64,000 nucleotides of DNA from an uncultured Actinomycetes bacterium (GTDB lineage: Bacteria; Actinomycetota; Thermoleophilia; UBA2241). Position numbers and translations under genes: made by a program. This document shows, piece after piece, positions 61,901-64,000 of this stretch. Numbering within the stretch: position 1 is the first letter of the stretch; each line of letters opens with the position of its first letter. Under the pieces are notes generated by a model, which was given only the letters and a program-made list of their open reading frames with translations, ran no database searches and was not told the origin of the DNA. The stretch covers positions 14,017-78,016 of the forward strand of contig CAVWIH010000012.1 of NCBI GenBank assembly GCA_963755025.1, given 5' to 3'.

Positions 61901-64000
61901 ACCCCACCGGCGACGACCGCGAGCAACCTGCAGACCGACGCAGCACTCCGGCTGGGTCGCAAGCGACCAGGCGGTGACGCTGACCGCGACCGACGGCGGC
62001 TCCGGCATGAGCGGCGGCGCGGCGGCCACGTATCTACACGGTCGACGGCGGCGCGACGCAGACACGGGGCACGCCGTTCACAGTGACCGGCGCGGGCTCG
62101 CACACGATCGTCTACTGGTCGGTCGACAGCGGTCGGCAACATCGAGACGCACGGCGGCGCGAGCAACGTCAACACCGGCTACGTGAACATCGACAGCACA
62201 CCGCCGACCACGAAGGCGACCGGATTGCAGAACCTCTCGAGCTCGGGCTGGCAGGCGAGCGGGCAGACCGTCAGTCTCGCGGCGACCGACGCCCGTCGGG
62301 CATGAGCGGCGGCGCGGCGGCCACCTACTACACGGTCGACGGCGGCGCCACGCAGACCTACGGCGGCACGCCGTTCACGGTGAGCGGCGAGGGCTCACAC
62401 GCCATGGTCTACTGGTCGGTCGACGCGGCCGGCAACGTCGAGACGCACGGCGGCGCGAGCAACGTCAACACCGGCTACGTGAACATCGACATCACGGCGC
62501 CGGTCGACCACGGCCACCGGCCTGCAGACGAGCGCGACCAGCGGCTGGACGAAGGCCGGCCAGGTCTCGGTCACCCTGACCGCGACCGACGCCACGTCGG
62601 GCATGAGCGGCGGCGCGGCGGCCACCTACTACACGGTCGACGGCGGCGCCACGCAGACCTCGGCGGCACGCCGTTCACGGTGAGCGGCGAAGGCTCACAC
62701 GCTGTGGTCTACTGGTCCGTCGACGCGGCCGGCAACGTCGAGACGCACGGCGGCGCGAGCAACGTCAACACCGGCTACGTGAACATCGACGTCACGGCGC
62801 CGGTGACCACGGCCACCGGCCTGCAGGCGAGCGCGACGACCGGCTGGCAGAACACGAGTCAGCAGGTGAGCCTCGGCACGACCGACGCGCTGTCGGGCAC
62901 GGCGGCCACCTGGTACCAACTCGACTCGCAGAGCGCGCAGCGCTATACGAACGCCTTCGGCGTGTCTGGCCAGGGCTCACACAAGGTGACCTACTGGTCG
63001 GTCGACGCGGCCGGCAACGTCGAGACGCCCGCGAACGTCGGCTACGTGAACATCGACAGCACTGATCCCACGGTCACGAACAACGCCAACAGCGCCTGGC
63101 ACAACCAGCCGGTCGTCGTCACGCTCACGCCGACCGACACCGGCGGCTCGGGCGTGGCCAAGACCCAGTACCGCCTGCAGGGCTCCTCGACGTGGCTCGA
63201 CGCGACGAGCAACCAGTTCACCGTGCCGGCGCCGTCCGACGGCTCGAACGACGGCACACATGTGTACGACTACCAGGCGCTCGACAACGCGGGCAACGCC
63301 AGCGCCACGGACCGTGCACTGTGAAGATCGATACCCAAGGCCCGGTCGTCACGCCGACCAACCTCGCCGCCGACGCTCTGTCCGGCTGGACCAACGGGAG
63401 TCCGCAGACGGTCAGCCTGGCGGCGGCCGACGCCGGCTCGGGCGTCAAGCAGATCCAGTACACCGTCGACGGCGTCGGTCCGACCACGTACAGCGCGCCG
63501 TTCACCGTATCTGGCACCGGCAGCCACGTCATCGTCTACACGGCGACCGACCAGCTCGGCAACGTGACCCAGAAGACCGGCTACGTGAACATCTCCAACC
63601 CGTACGCGCAGGCGACGAACCTCGCCGCCGACGCTACCTCTGGGTGGCACGACGCGACGACCGGCGTGACGATCACCGGCACCGGCGACCACACACCGAT
63701 CACCGTGTACTACAGCACCGACAGCGGGACGACCTGGACGACCGCCTCGTCGAACCCGACGACCGTGACGTTCAGCGCCCAGGGCAGCCACCCGGTCTGG
63801 TTCTACGCCCAGAACAGCGTCGGGGTGAAGAGCCGCCGTACCCCGAAAAGGGTTACTGCAACATCGACCTGACCAAGCCGGCGACCACGGCGACCGGCCT
63901 GCAGGCGAGCGCGACCAGCGGCTGGCAGACGGCGCCACAGACGGTCACCCTCACCCCGAGCGACACCGGCGGCTCGGGCCTGGCGAGTACGACCTACACG
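58984..64000 (+). CDS. Giant secreted protein: YCF48-like propeller plus many ~90-100-aa Ig-like repeats; frameshifted after ~61250 and truncated by the window end
   Basis: Signal peptide ending SAARA; repeated HTTNGG.TW..QTSG blades; repeating TTATGLQ..GW..QTVTL.ATD..SG...YYTVDGG...YWSVD.AGN.E..GYVNID continuing through ORFs 62083..63324 and 63192..63872. Start is 58984 or 58945. Confidence 0.85.

Overview
A very GC-rich bacterial window with about 45 protein-coding genes. The style suggests Actinomycetota, possibly Thermoleophilia-like, but that is inference. I saw no rRNA, tRNA, CRISPR array, integrase or transposase. At least ten unrelated genes carry single-base frameshifts, which most likely reflects long-read indel error rather than decay. 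Main blocks: (1) envelope proteins: a beta-propeller/Ig/PG-binding/L,D-transpeptidase fusion, a ~2,230-aa surface protein with 14 DUF11-like repeats, a giant propeller plus Ig-repeat protein running off the right edge, a DUF4091/GH123-like protein, an SGNH-like lipoprotein and a triple-repeat secreted protein; (2) a partner-switching module of one STAS anti-anti-sigma and two paralogous RsbW-kinase/PAS/GAF/PP2C fusions; (3) uvrD followed by two convergent MoxR-DUF58 operons, only one with a transglutaminase; (4) a sugar ABC operon, a GAF-GGDEF protein, xfp-ackA, cobQ and a HisJ-family phosphatase; (5) two proline iminopeptidases flanking an APC permease, divergent from a PAS-LuxR regulator. 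Two signals are absent from the ORF track: a 51-aa, 8-Cys desulforedoxin-like microprotein (11097-11252), and five intergenic sigma28/WhiG-like promoter motifs oriented towards exported-protein genes and the diguanylate cyclase.
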